Part shown: positions 7,245 to 17,736 of the stretch, piece by piece
Layout: every line of letters starts with the position of its first letter
Numbering within the stretch: position 1 is the stretch's first letter
Assembly: GCA_043755815.1 (NCBI GenBank)
Contig: JAYUSF010000086.1
Span: forward strand, 1-56,852
DNA: 56,852 nucleotides
DNA from: Verrucomicrobiota bacterium
GTDB taxonomy: Bacteria > Verrucomicrobiota > Verrucomicrobiia > Limisphaerales > UBA9464
Reading direction: 5' to 3'
Made by a program: the position numbers and the translations under genes
Notes under the pieces: model-generated
Database searches by the model: none
What the model was told of the DNA's origin: nothing
What the model saw: only the letters and a program-made list of their open reading frames with translations

Positions 7245-10200
7245 TCATTGTTGCACGACGAAGCGGAAGAACTGGTTCTGTTGGCCGGCTTGTGGCGAGT
7301 TGGACCGGATCACGACCCGTTCGAAACCGTCTGGCAGCGGCGTGGTGGAGACCACCGTCGACCCGAGGTCATCGGTGAACAGCACCGAACTGGCGACCCG
7401 CGTCGTCAGTTGGGCGGTCCCGGCGCTCTGCCGGCGGATGATCGTCACCGCCGGATAATCCACGCCGCCGACCTTGACGTTGGCGACCGGGAACGACGGC
7501 CGTTCCGCGCCCGCGGTCGGGGAAGTTCCGTAGTAGAACTCGGCGAGGTTGTTTGCGCCGTCGCCGTCGGCATCCGCGCCCGGTTGGGCGTTGTCGCCGG
7601 TGAGGCCGGCGCCGGTGGCCCACGTCACGAAAGGATCGGCCACTGCGTTCACTACGAGGGTTGCGGTTGCGCTGTTCGTGCTGCCGCCGCGGTTGGAGAT
7701 GATTACGTGGTAGTCACCCGCGTCGGCCACACTCACGTTGTTCAAGGCCAGCGCCGCTCCGTCCGCGTCGGGCAGCAGCGTGGCGCCCCGATACCATTCG
7801 TAAAAGAGGCCGTCGCCGGTGGCAGACACGTTGAAGGCGAAGCTCCCGCCCGGGGAGGCGGTGCCGCCCGCCGGCTGGGTGACGAGCACGGGCGGCAAGT
7901 CGCTCGAAACGGGATTGGCGAGGCGGCTGGCATCGTTCGCCGACAGCACCTGGTTGTAGAGCCGGACCTCGTCGAGGAGGAAGGCGCCCGAAGCCCCGTT
8001 GGCCCCGCCGCCGTAGCGGCCGAATTCACTGCCGCCCCGGGCCGAGCCGCCGATCAGGTTCGAGGAACTGGCCAGAGCCAGCGGTTCGCCGTTCACATAC
8101 ATGGCGTAATTGCCGGCCTCCGCGTAACCCTGGCCGTTGTAGGCGACCATGAAGTGCGTCCACTTGCCGACGAGGTTGGGCACGTAGGCCCGGTCATCGC
8201 TGGAATGGACCGACTTGAAGCCGCGGGTCGCCAAGAAGATACGGTTGCCGAGCGTGGTAGTGTCGTTGCCGCCGAGGAAGAGGTAGTGCTCCCGGTTGCC
8301 AACGACGAAGGCGTAGACGTTCAGCGACGTCTCGACTTCGGGCCGGATCCAGAAGGAGACGGTGTAGCCGGTGCCGAACATGGTGGGCGGTCCTTGCCCC
8401 AGTTGCACCGAATCGGCGCCGGTGGTGATTCGCACTGCCTCACCGTCGTAGCCGGCGCCGAACCCACCTGAGCCTTTTCGGCTGGAGGCGTAGCGGTTGG
8501 CCTCTTCCACGAGGGTGCCGTCGAAGTGATGCACGCCCACCAGGCCGTTGGTCGGCAGCACGGCGGCGGTCTTGACCGGGCGGACGCGCATTTGGGCCGG
8601 TCCCGCGGTGATTTCGCCGGCGGGATTGAAGACCCGCACGGAATAGCGGCCAGCGTCCGTGGCCTTGACCGTCGGCAGGTTCAACGTGGCGTTGGTCGCG
8701 TTGGCGACGGGATCGTCGCCCAGCCGCCATTGGTAGCCCAGGCGGAGGCCGGTCGCCGTGACGCTGAACGTGGCCGTCTGGCCCACGTTGGCGACCACGG
8801 ACACCGGCGGCTGGGTGACCGCGGGCGGCGTGATCACCCCGACCTTGGCCACACGACTGGACAGTTCGCCGGAAGCGTTGCGGATGACGACGCGATAGTC
8901 GCCCGCCGTGGCGGCGGTGGCACGGGTGAGCGCGAGCGTCGGCGCGGTCTGGCCGGTCAGCGCCTCGCCGCCCTTGAACCACTGGTAGGTCACCGCGCTC
9001 GTGCCCATGCCGGCGGCGACCAGTTCCACGGAACCGTCCAGGGCCAGTTCTGCGTCGGCCGGCTCGCGGGTGAAGTAGAGGTCGAGCGTGTCGCCGGTCA
9101 GCAGGGCAAGGCCGTTCCGCAGCAGGCCGTCCGCCCGGTCGAAGGTGCCGGCGACGAGGATCTCGCCGGTGGGCAGGAGGGCGACATCGTAGGCGATGTT
9201 CTGCCCAGCGGTTCGCGTGAAGCCGGTGCCGGGATTGAAGCTCGGGTCGTGCGATCCGTCCGCGTTCAGGCGGGCGATCAGGCTGCGGGACTGGCCGTCC
9301 ACCTGGGTGAACGCGCCCACGATCACCAGCTTGCCGTTTACCTGTTCGGCGAGCTCCATCACTTCCCCGTTGATCGCCGCCGGCACGAACGCCGGGTCCA
9401 GCGCGCCGTCGGACAGGAAGCGGGCGATGCGCGTCCGGGGCAGTCCGTTGTAGTTTTCAAACCCGCCGAGGACGAAGAAGCGCCCCTGCCGGTCCACCGC
9501 CAATCGCCCGGCCCGGCGGCCGAGCGGGAAGACGTTGGTGGACGGCTTGAACGCAGGGTCTAACGAACCGTCGGCGTTCAGCCGCACCACCGTGGTGTCG
9601 AAGACGAAGTTGCCCTGGAAGATCCGCTGGGCCTCCGAGAGCACCAGGATCTTCCCGTCAGGCAGCGGTTGGACCCCGATCCCGCCCGCGGCGGGAATGA
9701 AGCCCGCGGCTGCCGTGCCATCAGGGACGAGGCGGACCGGCTTGGCGTTCGCCCAGAGCAGCACCGCACCGTCCGCCTCCACGCGGATCGTCCCGGTGAA
9801 GCTGGGGAGGTAGCCGGGGATGAGCGTGCCGTTCAGGTCGAAGGCCCGGATCGCGTAGGTGGGCGACATGTAGATGCGGCCGTTCGCGGCATCCACGGCG
9901 ACGCGGTCCCGCAGGAGGCTGGTGCCGGGCGCGCCGTTGTAAGGGTAAGGCAGCGAGAACTGAAGCTCGCCGAAGCGGTTGTAGGCGCTGCCACCCGACA
10001 AGTAGAGGCCGTTGGGCAGGACGTTGAGTTCAGTCAGCCCCAAAGTGCTGCCGGCATTGGTCGGGAAGCTGGTGATGACGGCGCCCGGGCGCACGGTGAC
10101 CGTAACCACCACCGGAGCGCTGGTGACCGAGCCCAGCGAATTGCCGACCACCACGTCGTAGTTGCCCGCGGCGCCGAGGGCGACGGCGCGGTTGGTGTAA

Positions 10201-13200
10201 CTGGCCGCGGTGGCCTGGGCCAGCGGCGTGCCGTTGCGGCGCCACAGGTAGCTGAGCGGGGCGACACCGCGGGCGTTCACGCCGAGCAGCAGCGTGTTCC
10301 CGAGGCCGAGTTCGCCGCCGCCGGAGAGCGAGAGAATTTCGGGTGCGGCGAGCACGACCAGCGTGGCGACGCGGCTGGTCTGCGAACCGGAGCGGTTGCT
10401 GACCACGACGGCGTAATCGCCGTTGTTCTCTGGCTGGGCGCTGTTGAAGACGAGCGTGGCGTTGGTCTCGCCGGTGAGGTTTTCGCCGTTGCGCTGCCAT
10501 TGGTAACGCACCTTCGAAGTGCCGGTGGCCGCGGCGGTAAACGTCACCTTCGAGCCGGCGTTCACGGTCTGCGACTGCGGCGACGTGAGCAACGCCAGCG
10601 GCGTCACGGTGCCGTTGAGTTTGACGATGGTTCCGCCGAAGGCAGCCCAGAACGCGCCGTCGGGGCCGACGCGAATGAAGGTGTAGGGTCCGGAAGCGGA
10701 ACGGGGGACGTTGAACCGGCTGAACGGCTGCGCGCCGGTGCCATCCGCCGTGAGGATGACGGCCTGCGGCGGGTCGGTGAGCTGCGATACTCCGACCAAG
10801 CCTCCCGACGCGGTGAGGTCATAGGCGGTCAGGAGCTGCGACCACGCGTAGCCGGGGTCCACCCGGCCGGTTTCGTTGAGCCGGTAGAAGCCGCGGAAAT
10901 CGGAGACGATCGCCCCGTCCGCCAGCGCAGTGACGGTCCAACTGCTGGTGAAGACGTTCGTGGGGGCAAAGGTCAGATCCAACGCCCCGTCCGGCAACAG
11001 ACGCGCAATCTGCGACCTGGGTGCGCCGCCGACCGTGGTGAAGTTACCGGTCAGATAGATGCGGCCAGCCGGATCAACGGACGCGGATTGCAGCGCGGAA
11101 TTGACCTGCGCCCGGGTGCGGAAGCCGGTGTCCTCGACTCCGGCCGGCGACAGTCGGGTGATGGTGTTGCCGATCACAAACACGCTGCCGTCGGGGCCCA
11201 GATCCAGGCCGTAGCCCGGATTGACAGTGAAGGTGGCGAAACTGGCGTCGGGCGAACCGTCGGCATTCAGCCGCCGGACGAGATAGGGCCCACCGCCTTC
11301 GTTGCTGCGGACCAGCACGACGATCCGGCCATCGGGCTGGACCTTAAACGCAACAAACTCCGTGAGGCCGGTGGGGTCGAAGTGGAACGAGTCGTCCGTG
11401 GAACCGTCGGCGTTCAACCGGGCCAGCATGACGTCCACCGTGGAATTGGACACCGTGCTAAAGGTCCTTCCCGAGATCAGGATCCGCCCCTCGGCGGCGA
11501 AACCGATGCCATTGAGCGAAAAGGTGAAGTTGCCCTTCGTGGGGAATAGTTTCGGCGCGAAGGACGGATCGGTCGCTCCGGGGAGCGGGATGACCGTGAG
11601 GAACGCCGGTTCGCTGGTCGCGGAGGTGCCGTCGCCGCCGGTCACCTTCACCGCGTAGTCGCCGGCGGCGGTGAGCTGGAGGTTGGTCAGCGTCAGCGTG
11701 CGGTTGGTGGCGTTGGCGACCGGATTGCCGTCCTTCAGCCATTGGTAGCCGAGCGGCAGCTGGCCAAAGGCGCTCACCGCGAAGCTCACGGAATTGGAAA
11801 TGACGCCGACGGCCGGCAACGGTTCCTGGTCGAGCACCACCGGGCCGCGCACCCGGACATTCACCGGCGCGCTGGTGTAGCTGCCACCGGCGGAGGTCAC
11901 CACGAGATCATAGGCGCCCGAAGTGGCGAGCGTGACGTTGTTCAGCGGCAGTTCGAGGCCCGTCGCCCCGCTGATTGGCGAGCCCTTGAAGCGCCATAGC
12001 AGTCCGGTGAACGGACCCGTGACGGTGCCGCGAAGGGTGATCGAAGCGCCGACGTTTGGTGTTTGATCCAAGCCGGCATAACCCAAGGTCGGGCCATTCA
12101 GGTCGGTGAAGATGCGGAATAGGTCGCCGACGAACTGGCCGCGAACGCTGGCCGCAAAGACGCTGATCCAAAGACGCCCGTCCTCGGTCAGCTTGAGCAG
12201 GTTGACCGCCGCGTTGCCGCCCGCGGCCTCAAGACCGACCGTCGGCATGCCGGCATCCAACGTCCCATCGGGTTTCAGGCGGACGAGATAGTTGTGTCCG
12301 CCAAAGGCGAAGAAGTTGCCGCCCACCCAGATCTTGCCGTCGGGTTGCAGCGCGAGGGCGTTCACCGTCGGGGAAGGCGAGATGTTCGGCATGATGTCGC
12401 CGAGTGACGGGTCGAGGGAACCGTCGGCGTTCAAACGGGCCAGGCCGCGGCGGGTCTGGCCACCCACGCTGGCGAAGCTGCCGCCGAGGAGGATCCTCCC
12501 ATCGGCCTGCACCGCCAGCGCGTTGACCGTGGTGCTGTTGAGGGGGAACTGCGCGGGAACCCAGGAACGATCCAGCGCCCCGTTCGGCAGCAGCCGGGCG
12601 ATGCCGACCCGCGTCGTGGCGTCCACCTCGTTGAACTTTCCGACAATCAGGACCCGGCCATCGGGCTGGAGCGCGAAATCGGCCACATAGTTGGCCTGGA
12701 ACCGACCGATGCTGACTGGGCTTTGGAACGTCGCGTCGAACGATCCGTCGGCGTTGAGCCGGTGGATGCCGCCCACACTGCCCCCGGCGATCAGGAACTT
12801 GCCGTCGGCCACCCGCACGATCTTCCGCGGCCCGCCAGCCACCTCATTCGGCCAGGGCCAGGGGGCATCCAACGCCCCGTTGGCCAGCAAACGGCGGTAA
12901 TAGCGCTGGTTGTCGCCGGTGTCGGTTGCACCGACGAGCACCGAACCGTCGCCCAGCGGCAGCAACGTCCGCGGACTGCCCGCGGAAAAGCCCGGACCGC
13001 TGCCGGAGCCAATGACGGCGCCGGTGACGAACGCCGGATCAATCTGGCCGTCCGGGAAGGTCCGGCGGACCCCGGTGTAGGCTTCAAGCTGCGAACTGAA
13101 GGGGCCGCCGTAGAACACGCCGCCGTCGGGCGCGATGGCGAAGGCGGTCACCGTTCCGGAGGTTTGCGGACGGAAGGAGTAATCGACGAACCCGGGGCCG

Positions 13201-14603
13201 GTCGGGACGACGGTGAGCTGACCCACCTGATTCGTCACCGTGCCGGCGGCGTTGCGGACGACGAGGGTCAAGGCTCCGGTCTGGTTGGTGTCCGTGGCGG
13301 TGAGGTTGAGGGCGGCCGCCGTCTGGCCCGCGAGCGGTGAGCCGTTCAGCCGCCATTCGTAGGTGAATGGCGCCGTGCCGCGGGCGGTGGCGGCGAGCCG
13401 GAGGGTGCTGCCGACATTGACGCCAAAGGGCCCGGCGGGTGTCGTGGTGACCATGGGCGCGATGTTCGTGCGGATGACCGTCGCCAGGTCGAGCCGGTGG
13501 ATGCCCTTGTCGCCGGCGAAGTAGAGGGCGCCGTTATGGGAGTAGAAGGATTGCGCGAGGATGCTGCCGTTGGCGGCATTGCCCTCGATGCGGGGCAGTT
13601 CGGTCCACGAATCGCCTGTCACAGTGCCCTCGAAAAATCGCGGGTTGCCGTCGCTGGTGCTCACGAACACGCGGTCGCCGAGGAGTTCCACCTTCCGGGC
13701 GTTTGGTTGGATCACCGACGGCACAAACGGATTCGGTCCCTGGAGAACTCCCATTCCGACCTCGGTCCACGTGGCCCCGCCGTCGCGGCTGCGATAAAGC
13801 CGGCTGTCGGAAATGGCAAAGGCCGTGCCGTCGGGCGCGCCCAAGACATCGGTGGCGTTCCAACTCCGGCCTCCCACGAGCGGGCTATCCACCACGCCGG
13901 GGATGCCGTTCACCGCCTGGGCCCAAGTGGCCCCGCTGTCGGCGGAACGGAACACCCCGCGGACCGCCGTGGCGGTGAGCAGCGCGTCGCCCGCGCTGGC
14001 CACGGCGTAGTAGGTCTTCGCGAAGTTCACGAACGGCGCCGTGGGCAGACCTTCGCCGGCGGCGGTCCAGGTCAGGCCGTTGTCGGTGCTCTTCCACACG
14101 CCTTCCGACAACACGTCGCTGAAATAGATGGCCCCTTTGTGGAGCACCAGGTCGCTGATGCCGATGCCCGCCGGATTGCGCGCGGACGAGGCGAAGGGCA
14201 GCGGCACCTCGGTCCACTGGGCGCCCTGATTGTCGGAGTAAAAGATGGGTGAACCGACCTTGTTGTTCCACGACGCGTTGTCGCCGCCCCGAATCACGCG
14301 GCCGGTGGGCGTCACGAGGAAGGCCTTGGGCAACAGCATCCGGCCGGCGCCGTCCACGAGGCCGTTCGTCGCGCCGGTCCAGGTCAGTCCGTTGTCGGCG
14401 GAGCGGAACACCTGGCCCGGGGCGAGACCCGCGTAAAGCGTGTTGCCGGAGCCGCCGCCGATGGCGGATCCGGCCGCTTCGTTGAGATTGATGACGTGCT
14501 GCCAAGTTTGGGCGGCGGCCGAGAACGACAGCACGGCGGCACAGGCGGTCGCGGTCAAGGAAACGCCGAGGCCAGCACCCGGATAGAATGGACGATTGCG
14601 CAT
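7245..14603 (-). CDS. 2452-aa secreted multidomain protein: BNR/Asp-box propeller, Ig-like domains, delta-60 (DUF5122) propellers, LamG-like domain, Verrucomicrobia-type C-terminal tail
   Basis: Signal peptide; S.D.G.TW repeats; ALQPDG(K/R)I..GG.F and RLNADGSLD.SF repeats; YQW.KNG...GDY.V.V.N Ig motifs; LDEVRLYNQVLS; DADGDG.NNL.EF...FFR tail. Confidence 0.9.
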   Translation of the reverse strand: MRNRPFYPGAGLGVSLTATACAAVLSFSAAAQTWQHVINLNEAAGSAIGGGSGNTLYAGLAPGQVFRSADNGLTWTGATNGLVDGAGRMLLPKAFLVTPTGRVIRGGDNASWNNKVGSPIFYSDNQGAQWTEVPLPFASSARNPAGIGISDLVLHKGAIYFSDVLSEGVWKSTDNGLTWTAAGEGLPTAPFVNFAKTYYAVASAGDALLTATAVRGVFRSADSGATWAQAVNGIPGVVDSPLVGGRSWNATDVLGAPDGTAFAISDSRLYRSRDGGATWTEVGMGVLQGPNPFVPSVIQPNARKVELLGDRVFVSTSDGNPRFFEGTVTGDSWTELPRIEGNAANGSILAQSFYSHNGALYFAGDKGIHRLDLATVIRTNIAPMVTTTPAGPFGVNVGSTLRLAATARGTAPFTYEWRLNGSPLAGQTAAALNLTATDTNQTGALTLVVRNAAGTVTNQVGQLTVVPTGPGFVDYSFRPQTSGTVTAFAIAPDGGVFYGGPFSSQLEAYTGVRRTFPDGQIDPAFVTGAVIGSGSGPGFSAGSPRTLLPLGDGSVLVGATDTGDNQRYYRRLLANGALDAPWPWPNEVAGGPRKIVRVADGKFLIAGGSVGGIHRLNADGSFDATFQSPVSIGRFQANYVADFALQPDGRVLIVGKFNEVDATTRVGIARLLPNGALDRSWVPAQFPLNSTTVNALAVQADGRILLGGSFASVGGQTRRGLARLNADGSLDPSLGDIMPNISPSPTVNALALQPDGKIWVGGNFFAFGGHNYLVRLKPDGTLDAGMPTVGLEAAGGNAAVNLLKLTEDGRLWISVFAASVRGQFVGDLFRIFTDLNGPTLGYAGLDQTPNVGASITLRGTVTGPFTGLLWRFKGSPISGATGLELPLNNVTLATSGAYDLVVTSAGGSYTSAPVNVRVRGPVVLDQEPLPAVGVISNSVSFAVSAFGQLPLGYQWLKDGNPVANATNRTLTLTNLQLTAAGDYAVKVTGGDGTSATSEPAFLTVIPLPGATDPSFAPKLFPTKGNFTFSLNGIGFAAEGRILISGRTFSTVSNSTVDVMLARLNADGSTDDSFHFDPTGLTEFVAFKVQPDGRIVVLVRSNEGGGPYLVRRLNADGSPDASFATFTVNPGYGLDLGPDGSVFVIGNTITRLSPAGVEDTGFRTRAQVNSALQSASVDPAGRIYLTGNFTTVGGAPRSQIARLLPDGALDLTFAPTNVFTSSWTVTALADGAIVSDFRGFYRLNETGRVDPGYAWSQLLTAYDLTASGGLVGVSQLTDPPQAVILTADGTGAQPFSRFNVPRSASGPYTFIRVGPDGAFWAAFGGTIVKLNGTVTPLALLTSPQSQTVNAGSKVTFTAAATGTSKVRYQWQRNGENLTGETNATLVFNSAQPENNGDYAVVVSNRSGSQTSRVATLVVLAAPEILSLSGGGELGLGNTLLLGVNARGVAPLSYLWRRNGTPLAQATAASYTNRAVALGAAGNYDVVVGNSLGSVTSAPVVVTVTVRPGAVITSFPTNAGSTLGLTELNVLPNGLYLSGGSAYNRFGELQFSLPYPYNGAPGTSLLRDRVAVDAANGRIYMSPTYAIRAFDLNGTLIPGYLPSFTGTIRVEADGAVLLWANAKPVRLVPDGTAAAGFIPAAGGIGVQPLPDGKILVLSEAQRIFQGNFVFDTTVVRLNADGSLDPAFKPSTNVFPLGRRAGRLAVDRQGRFFVLGGFENYNGLPRTRIARFLSDGALDPAFVPAAINGEVMELAEQVNGKLVIVGAFTQVDGQSRSLIARLNADGSHDPSFNPGTGFTRTAGQNIAYDVALLPTGEILVAGTFDRADGLLRNGLALLTGDTLDLYFTREPADAELALDGSVELVAAGMGTSAVTYQWFKGGEALTGQTAPTLALTRATAATAGDYRVVIRNASGELSSRVAKVGVITPPAVTQPPVSVVANVGQTATFSVTATGLRLGYQWRLGDDPVANATNATLNLPTVKATDAGRYSVRVFNPAGEITAGPAQMRVRPVKTAAVLPTNGLVGVHHFDGTLVEEANRYASSRKGSGGFGAGYDGEAVRITTGADSVQLGQGPPTMFGTGYTVSFWIRPEVETSLNVYAFVVGNREHYLFLGGNDTTTLGNRIFLATRGFKSVHSSDDRAYVPNLVGKWTHFMVAYNGQGYAEAGNYAMYVNGEPLALASSSNLIGGSARGGSEFGRYGGGANGASGAFLLDEVRLYNQVLSANDASRLANPVSSDLPPVLVTQPAGGTASPGGSFAFNVSATGDGLFYEWYRGATLLPDADGAALALNNVSVADAGDYHVIISNRGGSTNSATATLVVNAVADPFVTWATGAGLTGDNAQPGADADGDGANNLAEFYYGTSPTAGAERPSFPVANVKVGGVDYPAVTIIRRQSAGTAQLTTRVASSVLFTDDLGSTVVSTTPLPDGFERVVIRSNSPQAGQQNQFFRFVVQQ

Positions 14604-14854
14604 GGAAATTTAACTCTCCGGCCCGGCGGGGCCCGCCATCAACCTCGGCGAACCCCGGCCAACCGGTCAGACTTGGGACGGTTCAGTAGCCAAGTAGCCG
14701 GCAATGTCAAAGGCTGGAATACGTAGAACTACGTAAGCAGGGCAGCTTTTCATCATGGCAGGGCGGCCGCGCCGCGGCGAAAGGGTCAACCCATCGGCAG
14801 CAGTTTTCGTCTGGCCGCCGGATCGGGCCGGCGAGGGCACAGCGCAGTGAGGTT

Positions 14855-14926
14855 GAATCAGGAAGGCAGGAAGACAGGAACGGATTCAAAGGGATCGCTT
14901 TTTCCGGCTTTCCTGATTTCCAGATC
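14855..14926. repeat. Inverted doublet of 9-mer-period CAGGAAGRC repeats
   Basis: GAATCAGGAAGGCAGGAAGACAGGAA ... TTCCGGCTTTCCTGATTTCCAGATC; a half copy is at 3072-3086. Confidence 0.65.
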
Positions 14927-15052
14927 CTTCGTCCGGCCGCCGCCTTCCTCCGAGTAGACCGAGCGCGGGCGCACCGTCGCCAACGCCTGACGGACGATCT
15001 TGCCCACGGCAGGGTTGGCACATCTGCGGGACGCGCATTACGGTGCCCGCGC

Positions 15053-15571
15053 ATGTTGTCGTTCCTTCGCTTCCTCGGCGCGCTGAACATCGCGGTCTGG
15101 CTGGGCTCGGCGATCTTCCTCACGTTCGCCGCCGGACCGGCGTTCTTCTCGCCGGAAATGCTCTCGGTGATGCCGCGGTATCACGCCGGCCGCGCCGCGC
15201 AGATCATTCTGTCGCGTTACTTCACCCTGCAACTCGTGTGCGCCGGGATGGCCATGCTGCAACTGGCCGCCGCGTGGTTTTACGCCGGCCGTGCGCCGAG
15301 CCGCTGGCAAAGCGGACTGCTCGCCGCGATGCTGGGGCTCACGCTGCTCGGGGGTTTCTGGATGCAGCCGAAGCTGAAGGGCCTGCACACCGTCATGTAT
15401 GCGCCCAACACAACCGAGGCGGAAAAGGCCGACGCCAAACGCAGCTTCGGAATGTGGCACGGCGTCTCGCAGTCGGCGAACCTACTGCTGACGCTCGGGG
15501 TGATCCTCTACTTCTGGCAGCTCCAACGCACCGGCGACCGCCCCCACAAGCTCGGGCTGTCGAGCCTTTGA
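15053..15571 (+). CDS. DUF4149 family membrane protein
   Basis: VWLGSAIFLTF..P..F and F..WHGVSQ.ANL pattern; four predicted TM helices. Confidence 0.8.
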   Translation: MLSFLRFLGALNIAVWLGSAIFLTFAAGPAFFSPEMLSVMPRYHAGRAAQIILSRYFTLQLVCAGMAMLQLAAAWFYAGRAPSRWQSGLLAAMLGLTLLGGFWMQPKLKGLHTVMYAPNTTEAEKADAKRSFGMWHGVSQSANLLLTLGVILYFWQLQRTGDRPHKLGLSSL

Positions 15572-15574
15572 GGC

Positions 15575-15660
15575 GGAGCGCGGACGGTCTTCGTCCGCGT
15601 GAACTGGTTATCGGAACCGGCCATCGCCAGCCAACGGACGAATAACGCTCGGCATCCTAC
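15575..15660. repeat. REP-like hairpin(s) between convergent genes
   Basis: GGAGCGCGGACGGTCTTCGTCCGCG hairpin (15575-15599) and a degenerate partner ending near CTAC at 15660. Confidence 0.45.
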
Positions 15661-16487
15661 AGCCCAGCCAGACGTTCAAGGTCGTCGCCGATGGGACCGC
15701 GGAAAAAGAAGGCGTGGCCAACATCATCCTCGCGATAGAACAGAAAGTCGCCCCAGTCGGAACGCAGAGTGTGTTCCTTCACCCGTTCGGCAATTCGGCC
15801 ATCGGTGCGGCGGAGGACACGGAATGGCGATTGCAGGGGAAGGTCCGTGCCACACCGCCGGATTTCCTTCCGCAGGAAGGTTTCCAATTCGGCCCGCAAT
15901 TCTTCCTCCTGTTTTCTCAACTCAGGCTCAGTCTCAGGTTCCCGAAGGGGCACCACAGGCACCTCAACGTAGCCGTTGGTGACCTTGGTCCATTCGGCCG
16001 GGGATACGCTGAACTCGATGCCCCACTGCTTGGGATCAGGCAGGTCGAACATCTGCCCGGAAATATCCGCGATCCGCAGCGAAGACGGCGCCGGCTTTTG
16101 GACGAATTCTTCAAAGATCCGTTGGGGCTGCCAGCGGACATAGCGGCCACCAAGCATCCAGACGACGCCGACGAGCACGGGCAGGTTGACGAGCCAAGCG
16201 CGTGTTCGCGGAGAAAGGCGGGCGAACCGCTTCAGCGCGAACAAAGCACCCCACTGCAACAGGGCTTGGGGCACGCCAAGGAACAGGGCGCACAGGGTGC
16301 CAAACATCAGGCCGCCCTCCCAGCCAACGTTCCAGCGGGACGCGAAGGTGAACTTACCCTCCACCACCGCGCCCAAAAACAACGCCACTGCGCCCAAGCA
16401 AAGCGGCCTCCCGTAGTCGGACCAACGTTCAGTCCGCATTGCGGCCGATGCCGGCGGCCCGGATTCGCTAATGGCCGGTAGGCTCAT
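15657..16487 (-). CDS. Hypothetical membrane protein
   Basis: Three N-terminal hydrophobic segments and a soluble C-terminus; starts immediately after the udg stop. Confidence 0.65.
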   Translation of the reverse strand: MSLPAISESGPPASAAMRTERWSDYGRPLCLGAVALFLGAVVEGKFTFASRWNVGWEGGLMFGTLCALFLGVPQALLQWGALFALKRFARLSPRTRAWLVNLPVLVGVVWMLGGRYVRWQPQRIFEEFVQKPAPSSLRIADISGQMFDLPDPKQWGIEFSVSPAEWTKVTNGYVEVPVVPLREPETEPELRKQEEELRAELETFLRKEIRRCGTDLPLQSPFRVLRRTDGRIAERVKEHTLRSDWGDFLFYREDDVGHAFFFRGPIGDDLERLAGL

Positions 16488-16488
16488 G

Positions 16489-17511
16489 TCACCCCTTCGT
16501 CAGGAAAAACCCGCGCTGCTTCTCGCTGATCGGCAGCTGGAGTTTTTCCATCACGGCGAGCATGTCTTCCCAGACCTTGCGCTTCTCGCTCAGCGCCTGG
16601 TTCCGCAGCAGGTAGGCCGGATGGTAGGTCGGCATCAGCGGAATGCCCCGATAGGTGCGCCAGTTGCCGCGCAGGCGGGTGATGCCTTCGGTCTTGCCCA
16701 GCAGGCCCTCCAAGGCGGTAGCCCCGAGCGCGACCATCGCCTCGGGCTGGATCAGGTTGATCTGTTCATGCAGCCACGGGATGCAGGTGGCCATCTCGTC
16801 GGTCGTCGGCTTGCGGTTGCCGGCGCTCTGGCCCGGCGTGTCGGGCCGGCACTTGAGGATGTTGGCGATGAAGACCTGCGAGCGGCTCAGGCCCGTCGCC
16901 ACGATGATCTTGGTGAGCAGTTCGCCCGCCTTGCCCACGAAGGGTTCGCCCCGTTCGTCTTCGTCGGCGCCGGGCGCTTCGCCCACGAACATCAGCCGCG
17001 CATGGATGTCGCCCACGCCGAACACGACGGACTTCCGCGCGGTGACGAGGTTGGGGCATTTGACGCAGCCAAGCACCTTGGCGCGCAACGCCTCGATGGC
17101 GGCCGCCTTCGCGGAGGGGTCGAGTTTGGGCGGCAGCGGGACTTCGGGGACGGTGGGGACCGGAACGGCGGGTTTGCGAGGCACGGGAGCAGCGGGTTTG
17201 GGCAGGGCGGCCGCCTGGCTCCAACGGGACGCGGCGGCGGCCGAGACGGAACGCGGTGGGGGTGGCGCGCTGGATGGGATGGCCGTGGAATCGTGGAATT
17301 CGATACCTCGGGAAACGGGTGCGGGCGACGCCGACGAATCGGGTCGTTGCGGCGTCGCAGCCCGCGCCGGACTGGCCGCGGGTCGGGAGAGCGGTGCGAC
17401 CAGGGCGCGCAGCGTGTCGCCCTTCACCGGCACGAACTGCACGCCGTCGTCCCGGAGCTTTTCCAGGTGCGCGATGGTGGCGTCGAGCAGTTGCGTGTAG
17501 GCGGCGGACAT
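16489..17511 (-). CDS. Family 4 uracil-DNA glycosylase with Pro/Ala-rich N-terminal extension
   Basis: C..C.L...R..VVFG.G, VGEAPGADED..GEPFVG.AG.LL, NILKCRP, TYHPAYLLR. Confidence 0.92.
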   Translation of the reverse strand: MSAAYTQLLDATIAHLEKLRDDGVQFVPVKGDTLRALVAPLSRPAASPARAATPQRPDSSASPAPVSRGIEFHDSTAIPSSAPPPPRSVSAAAASRWSQAAALPKPAAPVPRKPAVPVPTVPEVPLPPKLDPSAKAAAIEALRAKVLGCVKCPNLVTARKSVVFGVGDIHARLMFVGEAPGADEDERGEPFVGKAGELLTKIIVATGLSRSQVFIANILKCRPDTPGQSAGNRKPTTDEMATCIPWLHEQINLIQPEAMVALGATALEGLLGKTEGITRLRGNWRTYRGIPLMPTYHPAYLLRNQALSEKRKVWEDMLAVMEKLQLPISEKQRGFFLTKG

Positions 17512-17570
17512 TCGGCGGACGAGCTTTGGCGGCGGGACGCACGGAGGCAAGATTGGGTTGCTCGCACCGG

Positions 17571-17663
17571 GCAAGCGGGACGCTTGCGGCACGGCCGGCC
17601 AGAGGCCGGCGCTACGCGGTGGCGCAAGCCTTCGGCTTGCCGTGACGTCGGCGTCCCGCCGGC
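17571..17663. repeat. Cluster of four short GTAG/CTAC-type REP hairpins
   Basis: GCAAGCGGGACGCTTGC, GCCGGCCAGAGGCCGGCGCTAC, GTGGCGCAAGCCTTCGGCTTGC and GTCGGCGTCCCGCCGGC lie between the divergent udg and lspA. Confidence 0.65.
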
Positions 17664-17736
17664 CCTGCGTTTTCCCAGGCGCCGAAATCCGTTCGACTCA
17701 TTTCCCGCCTCGGCTAGCCTGCCCAGACTGCAACGC

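Noticed and set aside
16471..17736. Long N-terminal extension on lspA in the ORF track
   Set aside because: It is antisense to udg plus REP DNA; LspA homology starts at about 17737.
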